A stretch of 64,000 nt of DNA. It comes from Spirogloea muscicola (Eukaryota). Location of the stretch: positions 521,638-585,637 of the forward strand of contig WELB01000011.1 in NCBI GenBank assembly GCA_009602725.1, given 5' to 3'. Positions 50,044 through 63,400 of the stretch are shown here, piece after piece (the stretch's first letter is position 1; each line of letters begins with the position of its first letter). Both the position numbers and the translations under genes were made by a program. Under the pieces are notes generated by a model. The model had not been told where the DNA came from and did not search any database. It worked only from the letters and a program-made list of their open reading frames with translations.

Positions 50044-53000
50044 TCAGACACTACTATACAGACGGCGCAGGCTTGGGCAGCAGGACCGCATGCGGGCCAG
50101 GGAGTCCGCTGTGAGCTGGTACGTGACAGAAAAATATCATTGCATTGCTGTGTCAGTGTTCGCAGCAGTAGCTTGAAGCAGAGCATCTCACTAAGAACTG
50201 GTCAAGGAAGTACATGAGAGCACAACAGTGACAATGAATCTCTTGCATATTCAAGCCAGCAAGCACTGTGCCAGCAGGTTCTCAGCCCACTAAAATGAAG
50301 TCAGCCTTCGACCGCAATCGTCCTGCTCACCTTGGCACAGTTGCGGACATCTAGCGTCTCCAGCATGCTGCAACCAGCCAGTGCGCACTCCAGCGTGGAC
50401 CCCTCCAGGGCACATCCCTGCAGGCCAGCATCGAGCGGAGCACCAAAACAGTGCCAAGTCTATGTCTATGAATGCGTGTCTCAAGCACCGCTCTAGGAAA
50501 TGAAGCGAACCCGTTTCAAATTCGTAGGCATGCAGGAGTACTTAACATATGCATAACATAGTAGGATGCGTGACACAGAAAACTGTTTGCATGTTACATA
50601 GAGGGGCGTTGCAGATGAAGGACTACCTGTAGGAGGAGGGAGTTGAGGCGCGGGCAGTTGAGCTCCAGCACCTCCAGCGCCATGCACTTGCTGCTCAAAG
50701 AATGCCAAGAGCCCTGAGCTCGCCCCTCACAGGCGCATGCAGGCGTCTCTTGGAATTGTGGCCAGCGTTGAGCAAGAATTTCACGATCAACTTAGCCTGG
50801 TAATGGCAGCAGCAAGTGGCGCCTGGGCCTCACCTGAGCGTGAGGCTCACAAGGCTGGGGCAGGCGAGCTGCACTGAGCGAAGGTTGGCAGCGAGTGCAA
50901 TGTTGAGGGCAGCCAGCCGGCCGCACGTTGCGCCGGGGGTGATGCGCACGCTCCGCAGGCCATGGCAGCCCACACAGCTGAGCCACCGGAGGCCCCACCC
51001 GCTGCTGGCGCTGCCGCTGCCGCTGCCACTACCATAAGAGCTGATGCAGGCCCACAGGGAGTCGGCGACGTGTGGCGAGCCATTGAGCGAAACATGCGTC
51101 AGGCGTGGGCACGAGCGCAGAAGCTCCTCCAGTGCTGGCGCGCGCAGGGAGGAGTACGACGCGTCCAGCTCCCGCAGCGAGCACAGTGGCGGCAGCCCGC
51201 CGTTGCCACTGCTATCGCTGCGGCTGCTGCTGCTGGCAACCTGGCACAGCGGCGCCAGAGCGTCCTGCTCTAGGTACTTGCACGCTGACAGCCGCAGCAC
51301 CTGCCGTGCTCCACACAAACACGGTAGATCAGTAGCAGGAGACACAGCAACCATTTCCGTTTGTATCAAAATATGGTAATGCTCTGAGATACTTGAAAAT
51401 TTGAAAGATGAAGAGTTGAAGCTGGATACACATGAGGCTCATGGCATCTGAACGTATTTAAGGCTGGGAAACTTGCAGAACACTGTGGTCCATGGGGCAC
51501 GAGCATTGCCTGGAGTTTGGGACAGCAGGTAAGGATGGGCGCGAGAGCAGTGAGGAACGTGTAGGAGAGGTCAAGCGTGGTGAGCTCCGCGAGCGCGCGC
51601 AGTGCAAACAGACCCTGCGACCGGAAGACGGGGCATGCCGCCAGCACGAGCGTGGACAGCCGCGGGGAGCTCCGCGCCACGTCCGCCAGGGAAGCATCGT
51701 CCAGCTGGCTATGAGCAGTAAGCAAGGGGGGAGAAGAGCATGTAGAGACTGTTGAGGGCCACAATACAAAGTCACTTAAGGACCATAAAACAAAACAAAG
51801 TCAGGTCCAACCCGCTTTTAAGCTCAGCATCAGGAGAGGGAGGCGAGTAGGAAGGTGAGGACAGACGAAGGGAGGTACAGAGGCGAGCAGGCAGAAGATG
51901 AAATCATTAGCCCTGACCTGCAGTACGATGCATCAAGCGTGGTGAGAGCGGGGCAGGTGAGCTCTAGCTTGCGCAAACCGCCGCAGCCCTTGAGGTCAAG
52001 GCTGGCCAGGCTGCTCGCGCAGAGGCGCAGCGTCACGAGGTGGGGGCAGATGCCCAGGCTGAGCTCCACCAACCCAACCTGCGGAGGGGGGGGGGCGCAC
52101 ACCAACACGGCAGCGCAATCGTCATGCATGCCCTGGACTCTCGTCGTCCTTTTATTAAATCTTAAGGACCAGGCCTTAGAGTTCAGATATACAAGGTTAT
52201 TGTATGATCTGAAGTAAACATTTAAGGCGGTGGCACTGCAGGCAAAGCCACGGGCACAGACCGGATCAAGGCTGGCAGCGGCCAGGCGGTCGCAGCCCTC
52301 AAGCTGGAGGTGCCGCAGCACGGGGCACGTGAGCGCCAGCGCCTCGAGTGAGGAGCAGCCGGCGAGCGACAGCGAGCGCAGAGAGGAGCAGCACAGCTTC
52401 ACCTCCTGAAGGGTCTGCACAGATACCGCAGCCCTCCATGGCCACCTCGTTAACTCCCTCGTCCAACTGAGAGGCCCTGGGAGGAGCGAGTCAGTCGAGT
52501 GGCTTCCTCTCAGCTTACCTCGCAGGCATCGAGCAGGAGCGACAGCAGTCTGGGGCAGCCGCCGGCGCTGGCATGGCTCTCACTGGAGAAGGTGGTCAGA
52601 GCAGCGTCAGGCAGCATGTCGCACTCGGACAGGTTCGCTGACAAGAGGCCGGGGCAGTCGAGCTCCAGCGAGCACAGCCGCGGCTGCGCCCGCAGCGCCA
52701 GCGTCTGCAACCGCCGGCAAGCGGGCATCAGGTGAGTACAGACCATGGAACGTCAACAACCCGCCTTGAACTCAATGAGGTGTGGTCATGGCGCGCAGAC
52801 ATCACATCGTCTGTGAGCTCAGTGTGTCTATGGAGCCCCTAGAGCAGGAAAGCGGCAGCACATGCGACAGCAACGACGGCCCACACATACCTGCAGCGCT
52901 AGGGACTTGATGCTGACGGAGGCGAGGAATGGGCAGGAGGTGAGGGCGAGGGACGTAAGGACGGGCACGACGAGCGTGAGCGCCTGCAGCTTGCGGCAGT

Positions 53001-54409
53001 GTGCGAGGGAGAGGGAGGCGAGCATGGGCAGGGAGAGCGCTACGGTGCCCAGCAGCCAGCACCGATCGAGGCAGAGGAGCTCGAGTGCGCCCGAGTGGTT
53101 GAGCGCCTCCACCGCCTCTGTGCCAATCGCCTCGCAGCCCTCGAGGCGGGCCTCCACCAGCGCAGGCAGCCGCACGTCCTCGAGCGAGAGGAGCGGGCAG
53201 TGCGACGCATCGAGGTGCACGAGGCCTGTGCATGCGGCCCCCACGTCGTGCAGCGTGTCGTCGGACAGGTTGGGGCACCCTGACACGTTGAGAGTGCGGA
53301 GGAGCGGGCAGGACGTGGCAGCCTCGCGGACGGCGCTGTCGGCCAGCTTGGGGCAGCTGGCGAGATCCAGCGTCCACAGCGCGGGGCAGGCCAGTGACAA
53401 GGACGTTGCCGTGTTCTTGCGCAGCGATAGCGTCTCTAGCATCGGGCACCTGGAGGGAAGGAGGATGGAGGAGGGAGGGGAGGAGAGACAGGAAGGGAGG
53501 AGGGAGGAGGAGTGAGCACAGAGCAGGACTCTTCTGAAGCTGCCATTCAAGAGCACGACCATTGGCACTAAAATGGTGGCCAGCGTCGATGCTGAGCGGC
53601 GGCAGTGCGGTCGTGGCAGCAGGGAGGAGCAGGGGGCACGGCGCACTTGATGGTGATGCGCAGGGCGCAGCAGCTGGTGATGCGGAGCGCCGAGAGCGTC
53701 GCGTGCTCGATGGCGACCTCGGGCGGCCCCCAGAACACCTCGTGGATGCTGAGGCTCGTCAGCGAGGCGAATTTGGGCGTCGGCAGCGCCTTGCAGAGGA
53801 GCCGGCCGAGCTCGCACGCGGCAAGGGCGAGCTCCCGCAGCGCAGGCAGTTCCGGCGCTGCCTGCCTCAGCAGCAGAGTCTGCACCAGCAGGGCGTCGCC
53901 GCCGGGGCCGTCGGCAGCCGCTCTGCTGCTGCCATTGCCACGTAGCGCCAGCGATACGACGTGGGCGCCATACCGCCTGCACAGGCGGAAGACCGTCGGC
54001 TGCGCCAGCTGGGGGCCGGTGAAGGCCAGGGAGCGCCAGAAGTCGGGGTGACGGCTCACGGCCGCCCACTGGCGGCACACCGCCGCCGCGCTGCACAGGT
54101 CCCGCCGGCCCAGTGTGGAGAAGATCTGCGTGCAGAGCCGCAGCAGCCGCCATCGCCTGAGTGGTCCGAGCATTGCAGCGGCGGCGACGGCTGCGACACA
54201 GCAGCGCCGGCAGAGCCGCCGACGGCGGCCGAGTCGGAGAGAGGGCTGCTCTTGCCTTGTGCACGAGATCGCTGGAGAAGTCCGCGGCAGCTGCGCCATC
54301 CTCGACGTCTGCCGAGAGACTGCTCCCGCCGCCGAGCGCGGCCGGCGGGACTGCCGCCTCCTCAGCAGCCGGAGGCGCCGGCGCGGCGGCGGCCGTCCCG
54401 GCCGAACGC
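50044..54409 (-). CDS. FBL15: F-box/LRR-repeat protein 15 (SLOMO-like); start in N gap
   Basis: F-box FSSDLVHK|IFSTLGRRDLCSAAAVCRQWAAVSRHPDFWRSL; many Cys-containing LRRs (LDLASCPKLADSAVREAATSCPLL, LSLGICPHL, LDLSYTFL, LSACKYL); C-terminus LETLDVRNCAK|..CCPSLRRLYSSV*. Confidence 0.9.
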
Positions 54410-55372
54410 NNNNNNNNNNNNNNNNNNNNNNNNNNNNNNNNNNNNNNNNNNNNNNNNNNNNNNNNNNNNNNNNNNNNNNNNNNNNNNNNNNNNNNNNNNN
54501 NNNNNNNNNNNNNNNNNNNNNNNNNNNNNNNNNNNNNNNNNNNNNNNNNNNNNNNNNNNNNNNNNNNNNNNNNNNNNNNNNNNNNNNNNNNNNNNNNNNN
54601 NNNNNNNNNNNNNNNNNNNNNNNNNNNNNNNNNNNNNNNNNNNNNNNNNNNNNNNNNNNNNNNNNNNNNNNNNNNNNNNNNNNNNNNNNNNNNNNNNNNN
54701 NNNNNNNNNNNNNNNNNNNNNNNNNNNNNNNNNNNNNNNNNNNNNNNNNNNNNNNNNNNNNNNNNNNNNNNNNNNNNNNNNNNNNNNNNNNNNNNNNNNN
54801 NNNNNNNNNNNNNNNNNNNNNNNNNNNNNNNNNNNNNNNNNNNNNNNNNNNNNNNNNNNNNNNNNNNNNNNNNNNNNNNNNNNNNNNNNNNNNNNNNNNN
54901 NNNNNNNNNNNNNNNNNNNNNNNNNNNNNNNNNNNNNNNNNNNNNNNNNNNNNNNNNNNNNNNNNNNNNNNNNNNNNNNNNNNNNNNNNNNNNNNNNNNN
55001 NNNNNNNNNNNNNNNNNNNNNNNNNNNNNNNNNNNNNNNNNNNNNNNNNNNNNNNNNNNNNNNNNNNNNNNNNNNNNNNNNNNNNNNNNNNNNNNNNNNN
55101 NNNNNNNNNNNNNNNNNNNNNNNNNNNNNNNNNNNNNNNNNNNNNNNNNNNNNNNNNNNNNNNNNNNNNNNNNNNNNNNNNNNNNNNNNNNNNNNNNNNN
55201 NNNNNNNNNNNNNNNNNNNNNNNNNNNNNCCCTCCTCCCTCCCTCCTCCCTCCCTCCTTCCTCCCTCTTCCCCCCCTCCTCCTCGCTCCTTCGTTCCTTG
55301 CCATACCCAACGTAGCCAGCTCGACTGTCGGCGCTGACGGCCGGCGGCGCTGTCGCTGTGGCGGCGCGCCAG

Positions 55373-57276
55373 TATGTCGCGGCGTCCCTTGTGATGGAGA
55401 CCAGCACCGAGGTGAGCGCCGGGCCTCGCGCCGCAGTGCCGACCTCCAGCTGACGCCCGTAATCCACACTTTGCGCGTGTTGGTCGGCGGCACGTGCGGT
55501 GAGCGGCTGGCCAACGCCGACGACGAGGTCTTAACGTGCTACTAACATGGTTCCACTGGCGCTGCTGTCGTGAGGTGCCGCAGTACCCCTCAGAGCCGCC
55601 GCGCCTGGCGCTGCGAGACGCGCGCGGCCTGAGCGACATCCGGCGCCGGCGGCTGCTCTTGGAACTAGCGGCGCAGGGCCGCAGCCTCGCTGGAGAGCCG
55701 ATGCTGGTCGCCCTCTGTGAGGCAAGCCGCAATCCCTGATCTGCGCGGCTGCCTCCTCTACGTCCGCGTCGCCGGCTGGCTGACGGCGATGGCCGCAATT
55801 GCGGCATGACGCCGTTGGCAGGCTGCGCGGGACCTGCTCACGGACATGAACGCGCCCGAGGGGGACTGCAGCTTCTGCCTGTCACAGCTGTCGCCGTCAT
55901 CGCCGTCGGCTGCGAATGAGGCGGAGGCTGCGGCGGTAGCGGCAACCGACGACGTCGTCAAGCTCGGCGAGTGCTTCCACTGCTTCCACCGGTGAGGTGG
56001 CCTGAAGGCAGTGGCACAGGTGCTGAAGTGCGAGGCACATGGGGTAGTGTTCAGTCAGATTCACGCGTCAATGTCAAAATCAGGTACAGAGTCACAATGG
56101 TTGGGCCAGAAGTCGGCGTTGTGGTTCAGCGCTTGAGCTCGTGACAGAGGGTGCGACTTCTTGAGACTTGACAGCCCTGTGGTGCCCGTTGGTGGCGGCG
56201 GGGGGCGGCTGCGCGCCAGGACAGTGCCTGCTTCCGTGCCTGGTGGCAGTGGCTGCTTGCGCAGCAGCAGCAGGCTTTATCAGACGAGCCTGGCAGCATA
56301 GGACATCAGGGGGTAGTGCAGCAGTCTGCTCCTGACAGCAGCGGTCACGAGGAGCTCGTCAGCCAGCCGGCCCGCCAGCCAGCCAGGAGGTGGGTCCTTC
56401 TCCATCAAGTGCCGGGTTGCTACAGGGAACCGCTTACGACATGCTCACAACATTCAAATTTGAATCAGTGGTCTGAGCCACTATGCTGTAGCTTCTGGAG
56501 ACGGCTAAGGTTGACAATACCAATTGATATTGTTTCAGCCCTCTTGCAGTGAAGTACAATTGATCCGGGCTTTGAGCTGGCTGTTGCAGGCGGACATCTG
56601 AGAATGTGATGGTTTCAGCCAAGACGCCAGCAGACCTGGCATGCCCGGTGTGCCGAGCCGGCATTGCGTCAGACGACCTCAGTCGCCTGGCTGCACAGAT
56701 GGATGCAGCGGCCATCGACACTGGTGGCACCATTTGGGGCGGCATTAAGCAGGTGAGACCTGTCCCGCTGCGCGTGCATGGCTGCATCAGCCATCACTGC
56801 TGTTTCAGTGACTGTTGCGGCCAGCCGACACTGCTGGCACTGAGCCACTTCTGGGGCTGCAGATCAAGGAGGTCATGCCAGACGAGGCTTGCAGCAAGGC
56901 GGAGGGCCGGCGGAGGGCAGCATATGATGCCGTCCTGGCCACACAGCACGCGAGGGGCGGAATCATTGAGCCTCGGCGGTACGATTGTAGTAGCAGTAGG
57001 AGCAGTGGCGAGGAAGCATCAATGGGGGGACTAGTTGTTGTGTCAACAGCCACTGACTTTAGTGGCGCTGTGGAAGCAGCCACCACTGCTGCTACCAGCC
57101 TGGCCATTGACGATGCCAGCAACCGCTTGGCTGTAGATTCGCCATCAAGAAATGACCAGCCAGGCTGCCTGCCTGCTGCTGCGTCCCAGCGGCACAGGTT
57201 GGGAGTCGAGCGGTCGCAGCCTGCTCAAAGGCAGCAGATGGAGCAGCGGATGTTGCGGCGAGGATCACGAACTTGA
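55373..57276 (+). CDS. RNF25: RWD plus RING E3 ubiquitin ligase, RNF25-like; first exon(s) in N gap
   Basis: YVAASLVMETSTE|YPSEPPRLALRDARGLSD..GEPMLVALCE|AARDLLTDMNAPEGDCSFCL..KLGECFHCFH|..CFRAWWQW..LACPVCR; QHARGGIIEP. Confidence 0.8.
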
Positions 57277-57791
57277 TTTGCAGTCTCATGATTGTTCAGT
57301 TTGTTAATGCTCTTGCTTTAGCATAAATATCCGTCGCCAGGCTGCGCAACTCAGCGCCACACAGGCGAAGGTGCCTGAGTGAGCTGCAAACGAATGTTCC
57401 AGAACGAAGAGACGATTGAACCGGCGACTGTGCGATCTTAAACCCAATGTTTGTCAGCTCCACGGAACGTCAGGTGGCTTAACTACTAGCACTGCAGCAA
57501 GTGGCAATGCCGAGGAGATGAACACAGTAACTGTGGCCCTATCATCAGGGCAGCTAATCAGCTGCAATTGAGGTTGCCCAACACGTGTTGTCCGCCAGCT
57601 GGCTCAAGGAGTGCATTGCGGTGTGCATCATTGGCTCAACTGTAGGCTCAACTGTCATGTCTGTGAGTAAAGCAGAACCAAGGCGAGTTGCTGCCGTTTC
57701 GAGCTGCCGCCGCCAGCACTTGCAGCAAGGAAATCTGCAGTGAATGATGGTGGTGGGTGGTGCGATGAGGCTGGCATTGGGCGGTGGCGCT

Positions 57792-58244
57792 TCAGGACGA
57801 GTCCATGAGGTCGTCGAGGAACAGATTGACGAGGTAGCGGCCGGTGCTCTGGACCTCGAGGCGCTGCTGCGCTGGCTCGTAGCGCCCGCGCCGCAGCTGG
57901 TAGCAGTAGGTGACGCCGGAGACGATGTACGGCTCCCCGCTCACCGTCACCGTCTCGCCGCACTGCGTGTTCTGCGGCGACCACCAGGCGACGGCAATGG
58001 TGGGCAGGCCGCGCAAGAATCCGCTCATGCCGAGAGCGCGCACGCAGGGCCAGCTCTGCGTATGTGTGACATACACTTAGGGTTCAAGGCCAACGGGCGC
58101 ACCGGAGGCAGGGCGTGCGTGCCGAGGTGACGCGGCGGCGGCGTGACGATGGTCACCACGTACGGCTGCCTCTCGAGGTGGTGGTCGCGGTGGTGGTGGT
58201 GGCGGCCGCCACCGCCGCCGCCGCCCCCCCCGCTGCCGCCGCCG
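57792..58244 (-). CDS. Small conserved green-lineage protein of unknown function (probably plastid); 5' part in N gap
   Basis: Spliced PYVVTIVTPPRHLGTHALPP|NTQCGETVTVSGEPYIVSGVTYCYQLRRGRYEPAQQRLEVQSTGRYLVNLFLDDLMDSS*. GT-AG intron; resembles a conserved plant uncharacterised family. Confidence 0.75.
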
Positions 58245-59072
58245 NNNNNNNNNNNNNNNNNNNNNNNNNNNNNNNNNNNNNNNNNNNNNNNNNNNNNNNN
58301 NNNNNNNNNNNNNNNNNNNNNNNNNNNNNNNNNNNNNNNNNNNNNNNNNNNNNNNNNNNNNNNNNNNNNNNNNNNNNNNNNNNNNNNNNNNNNNNNNNNN
58401 NNNNNNNNNNNNNNNNNNNNNNNNNNNNNNNNNNNNNNNNNNNNNNNNNNNNNNNNNNNNNNNNNNNNNNNNNNNNNNNNNNNNNNNNNNNNNNNNNNNN
58501 NNNNNNNNNNNNNNNNNNNNNNNNNNNNNNNNNNNNNNNNNNNNNNNNNNNNNNNNNNNNNNNNNNNNNNNNNNNNNNNNNNNNNNNNNNNNNNNNNNNN
58601 NNNNNNNNNNNNNNNNNNNNNNNNNNNNNNNNNNNNNNNNNNNNNNNNNNNNNNNNNNNNNNNNNNNNNNNNNNNNNNNNNNNNNNNNNNNNNNNNNNNN
58701 NNNNNNNNNNNNNNNNNNNNNNNNNNNNNNNNNNNNNNNNNNNNNNNNNNNNNNNNNNNNNNNNNNNNNNNNNNNNNNNNNNNNNNNNNNNNNNNNNNNN
58801 NNNNNNNNNNNNNNNNNNNNNNNNNNNNNNNNNNNNNNNNNNNNNNNNNNNNNNNNNNNNNNNNNNNNNNNNNNNNNNNNNNNNNNNNNNNNNNNNNNNN
58901 NNNNNNNNNNNNNNNNNNNNNNNNNNNNNNNNNNNNNNNNNNNNNNNNNNNNNNNNNNNNNNNNNNNNNNNNNNNNNNNNNNNNNNNNNNNNNNNNNNNN
59001 NNNNNNNNNNNNNNNNNNNNNNNNNNNNNNNNNNNNNNNNNNNNNNNNNNNNNNNNNNNNNNNNNNNNNNNN

Positions 59073-62000
59073 TGGAGCCGCAGTCGCTGCGCAAGCTGTC
59101 GCTGCGCTCGCTCAAGCGCACGGCCGAGCTCTTCGCCGCCGCCGCCGCGCGCGGCGCCCGGCCGGCGCCCGACCCCCGCAGGTGCAACGCCGCCTCCGCC
59201 CTCTGCGCCAGCGCCAGCTCGCTCGCTCGACTGCCAATGGCGGCCTCAAGCGGGCGCCGCCCCGGTGTCCGACCATCCTGGGTCGACACCACACTACCAG
59301 CTCTGATGGCAGCCATTGCCTTGGTTGCGGTGCTGCCTGCGGCTCCATGTCGGCGTCCCCGAGCAGCTTGGAGGAGCGGCAGGCATGCAAGGTTTGCTCA
59401 CCAAGCTCGCTCGCCGCTGGCCGCCATGCCGACGGCGTCCTGGCCTTCATCCCCGTGACGATGGCCGGATGGTGCTCCGGGCTGACGAGGCTCCCGGAAG
59501 CTGCTGCAGGTGCGCCTCGAGTATGCCGCAGTGAAGGACATGCCGCCGCCGGCGCTCGTGGTGAAGGACGCCGTGCCGCTAGGCGGCGCTGCCAATGGGT
59601 CCGCTCCGAGCTCAACCCTGCCGAGCGCCAAAGGTATGGCTCATCGCAGAGTGCTGCGTGCTCCTCTTGAGGCGCAGCAGCCACACTCGTGGTCGCCATG
59701 GCCTGAGAGAGTTCGTCACAGCAAGTTGTGACATGCAAAGCCCGCAAGGGCTTGACTTGAGATTGGCACTAGCTAGTCCAATAGCAGACTCTGCAGCTGC
59801 TACAGTAAATTGAATTTCATTGGAGACAACACCTACCGTAGCACGACAGCTGACTACGTCGCGCTTGTGTTGTTGTGAAGTAGGGCTTGACGGAGCTCTC
59901 GGCGCCACTCCTGATGGCAAGGGCATGCAGATGGTCGCCATCGCTCCCCAACCGGCCTGGTCGGCTGCCTCCTCCTCAAGCGCCAAGTTGCTGTCAGTCC
60001 CCACTTCTGAGTGCTGCGAGGTTCCGTCTTGCAAGTGTTGGATCTTGGTTGGTGTTGGTGCTGGATTGCTGGAGAGGAGGCAGCCTGCCAAACGCACACG
60101 GCATATCTGTCCTTCTCTGCCACTTCCCACAGCTCGCAAATCGGCGCCGCGCCCGAGACCAAGGCCCTCGCCCAGGCCAAGCCCTCAACAACCGTTGCTG
60201 AGAGGTGCGCGCTTGAGTCATGGCGGCCATTGCCTCACAGCTCTGTGTGCACTGACTTCGGCGCAGCAGTATATCGTCACACTTACTATTAGAGCAGTTC
60301 ACTGGTTGACAGCATGCTTAGTATCAGAGATGCTGGACATTGAGGGAGCCTAAGCTCCGATTGAACGTCTCAGTCAAGCAAGGCTAGGATTTCTGGTCAG
60401 CAAGATCGTCCTCCCACCCCCCCATTGGCGACATGCAGGTACATGCCGAGTGCACAGGTGATGAAACGGCTGCCGAGTAAGTGGCCAAAACCCGTGTGGC
60501 ACCCACCTTGGAAAAACTACCGGGTAAGCAGCCTCATTGGCACGTGCACGTGGTCTCTGTTTGCCTGACTTTTTCTGAACCTTACTACCATGCTACTATG
60601 CTTAAGCTGCACCTTAATATGACCCAAGGATAGAGGCTAGGAGGGTAGACCCCTGGTGGAGCTTGTTTCTTCTGAGGAGGACGCTGGAGATAGAGGCTGC
60701 AAACTTGTCTTTGTCCTGGTGTCAAATTTGTCTTTGTTCTGGTTTGTTGCTTGCAGCGTAAGGATCATCCTGTCTTGCTGCTCACATGGGCCCCTTTGTA
60801 CAGCCACAGCATCTATATTTAAATCGGCTGTGTTCACTCACTAATGTTGTCATGGACGGGGACACTCATGTTGAAACGGAGCTCCTCCTCGACAGGTCAT
60901 TAGTGGCCACCTGGGCTGGGTCCGGTCTGTGGCCTTTGAGCCTGCCAACGAGTGGTTCTGCACGGGATCGGCAGACCGGACAATCAAGGTGCTTGTCAGA
61001 TTGCCAACAATTTCACAGGGGACAGAATGTCTTAGACTGTCTTGTGGAGACTTGCCTTTGAAACGATGCTTTCAAAGTAAGCAGCTTCCATATTGACGGG
61101 TCCTCTTATGCGACGCAGCTATGGTGCCCAAATGATCAGTTTGAATGCCTGTGGCATGTCACATGCAGATCTGGGAGACTGCTACGGGGAAGCTGAAGCT
61201 CACCCTCACGGGGCACATCGAGCAAATTAGAGGTCCGAAGGACATAAATGCTGGTCTATTGACTGCTAAGTACAGCATCGGCGTCACACTGTCCTGATAG
61301 AGTTCCCTATCACTGTGGTTTTTGCAGAAGTGTAGGGCCTTGTACAGCATCAGCATGACCAGTGGTCCTTGTGCTGAAGGCCAAGTTGCACTGGTGCAGG
61401 CCTTGCAGTGAGCCCCAGGCACCCATACATGTTCTCAGCGGGTGATGATAAGATGGTCAAGTGCTGGGACCTTGAGTACAACAAGGTGCTAAATCTCTTC
61501 ATTCATTCTCAACTTGGTAGCTGTAAAACTCCGAGTCACTTAGTGCATTCCTTGCATGGAGGATTGTGCTGAAGCATGGCGGGCTCGCAAGCAACTTCGG
61601 CAAACTCCAGTCTTTCATTATGTTGGCAAATCTTAGTCTGTTGCTGCGCACTGAGGCACGCGTCTGGCAAGGGCGGCAGGTAATCAGGTCATACCACGGG
61701 CACCTCAGCGGCGTCTACTGCCTGGCACTGCACCCCATGCTCGATGTTCTCATGACTGGAGGGCGCGACTCTGTCTGCCGGGTCAGACCTTCCCTCATTT
61801 ACTGTGACATTGTTGATGTAGCCAAGGCTGCAGTTATAGGTGCATGAGAGGTGACTGACAGCCGCTGCTGAAGCTGCCGGCAGGTCTGGGACATGCGGAC
61901 CAAGGCGCAGGTTTTTGCCCTGTCTGGCCACGAAAGCACAGTCTGCGCTGTTATCACACAGGGTGCAGTAAGTCCATGGCCCTGGTTCTGCTCTCGAGCA

Positions 62001-63400
62001 AGTGGAAGTTGCACAAGGCCTGTTACTTACATTGGCCCTCTTCATTCTGGGTGCCCTCTGCTTAATCACTGTAATTTGTCCGATGCAGGACCCTCAGGTG
62101 GTCACAGGATCCCATGACACAACCATAAAGCTCTGGGATCTTGCTGCAGGTTCCCGCCCACAGCTTTGAGCACTACTGCTCATTAATGGTTGCTCTTTGA
62201 ATTTCTCTGAGATTGTGTGACAGCAAAGGCTTGCCTGTCATTCTTACATTGTACGCATGGCTAATGCATCCTCAATCTTATGCCATTGCCATCTTGGGAT
62301 CATGCTTTGCTGCTGTACTCTGCAGGCAAAACAATGTCAACCCTAACCTTCCATAAGAAGTCCGTCCGAGCATTAGCAATGCATCCCTTTGAGTAAGTGA
62401 ATCATTGTGCTATTTATCCAGTGGCCATACTTTGACAATCCTCTCACTGTATTACAGCGCAAAGACCACAACTCTCACGCCGCAAAAAGTATTGAGGGCT
62501 TGAGCAGGTCTACTTTGTGCTGCCTGCTCAAAAATGTCACAAGAGTTGTGCAGACATACATTTGCATCGGCGTCGGCAGACAATGTGAAGAAGTTCCGCC
62601 TGCCAAAAGGGGAGTTCCTGCATAATATGCTGTGAGTTTGATCATCACGGTCATGTGTCTCTTCCGGGAAACATTTGATCTGACTCATACGATTTGTTCT
62701 TAGCAAGCACGGGCTGACTTAGAGAGTACACATGGTACTAGCAAGACTGGCCCTGGGATGTGATTGATTGGACTCCGCTAAGCGGCACAGGTCCCAGCAG
62801 AGGACCATTGTCAACTGCATGGCCATCAACGAGGACAACGTGATGGTGTCGGGAGGTGGGTGCTGTATGGCAATCATGCCCAAAGTGGTTGAGATAAGCT
62901 GTACTAGGCACCAGAGTATGATTGAGTTGAGAGTAATTGACATGATCAATCATAATGGCAGGTGATAATGGTAGCGTGTGGTGCTGGGACTGGAAGAGCG
63001 GACACAACTACCAGCAGGCGCAGACGGTCGTGCAACCAGGTGCAGATTGACAGTGCGACATTATCAACACCTTGCTGCTTGATGGGTGCATGAGGCGAAC
63101 CCCTAGGACAGCTGTAAGATCAGTTCACCTAAACTTGCAGAACCCCAACTATGAGCCTTTGAATCTCGAGTCGTCATTTTGCAGATTTTGGAAGCTAATG
63201 CCCGTCATGGTGCGGTTGTGTGTGCAGGCTCGCTGGACAGCGAGGCGGGCATCTATGCGCTTTCGTTTGACATGACAGGCTCGCGGCTGGTGACCTGTGA
63301 GGCGGACAAGACGATCAAGATGTGGAAGGAGGACACGACGGCCACGCCTGAGACGCACCCTGTACATTTTCGGCCACCCAAGGACATCCGGCGCTTCTGA
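59073..63400 (+). CDS. PRL1: Pleiotropic regulatory locus 1 (PLRG1/Prp46 WD40 splicing factor); start in N gap
   Basis: [144 protein letters not shown]. Confidence 0.97.
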
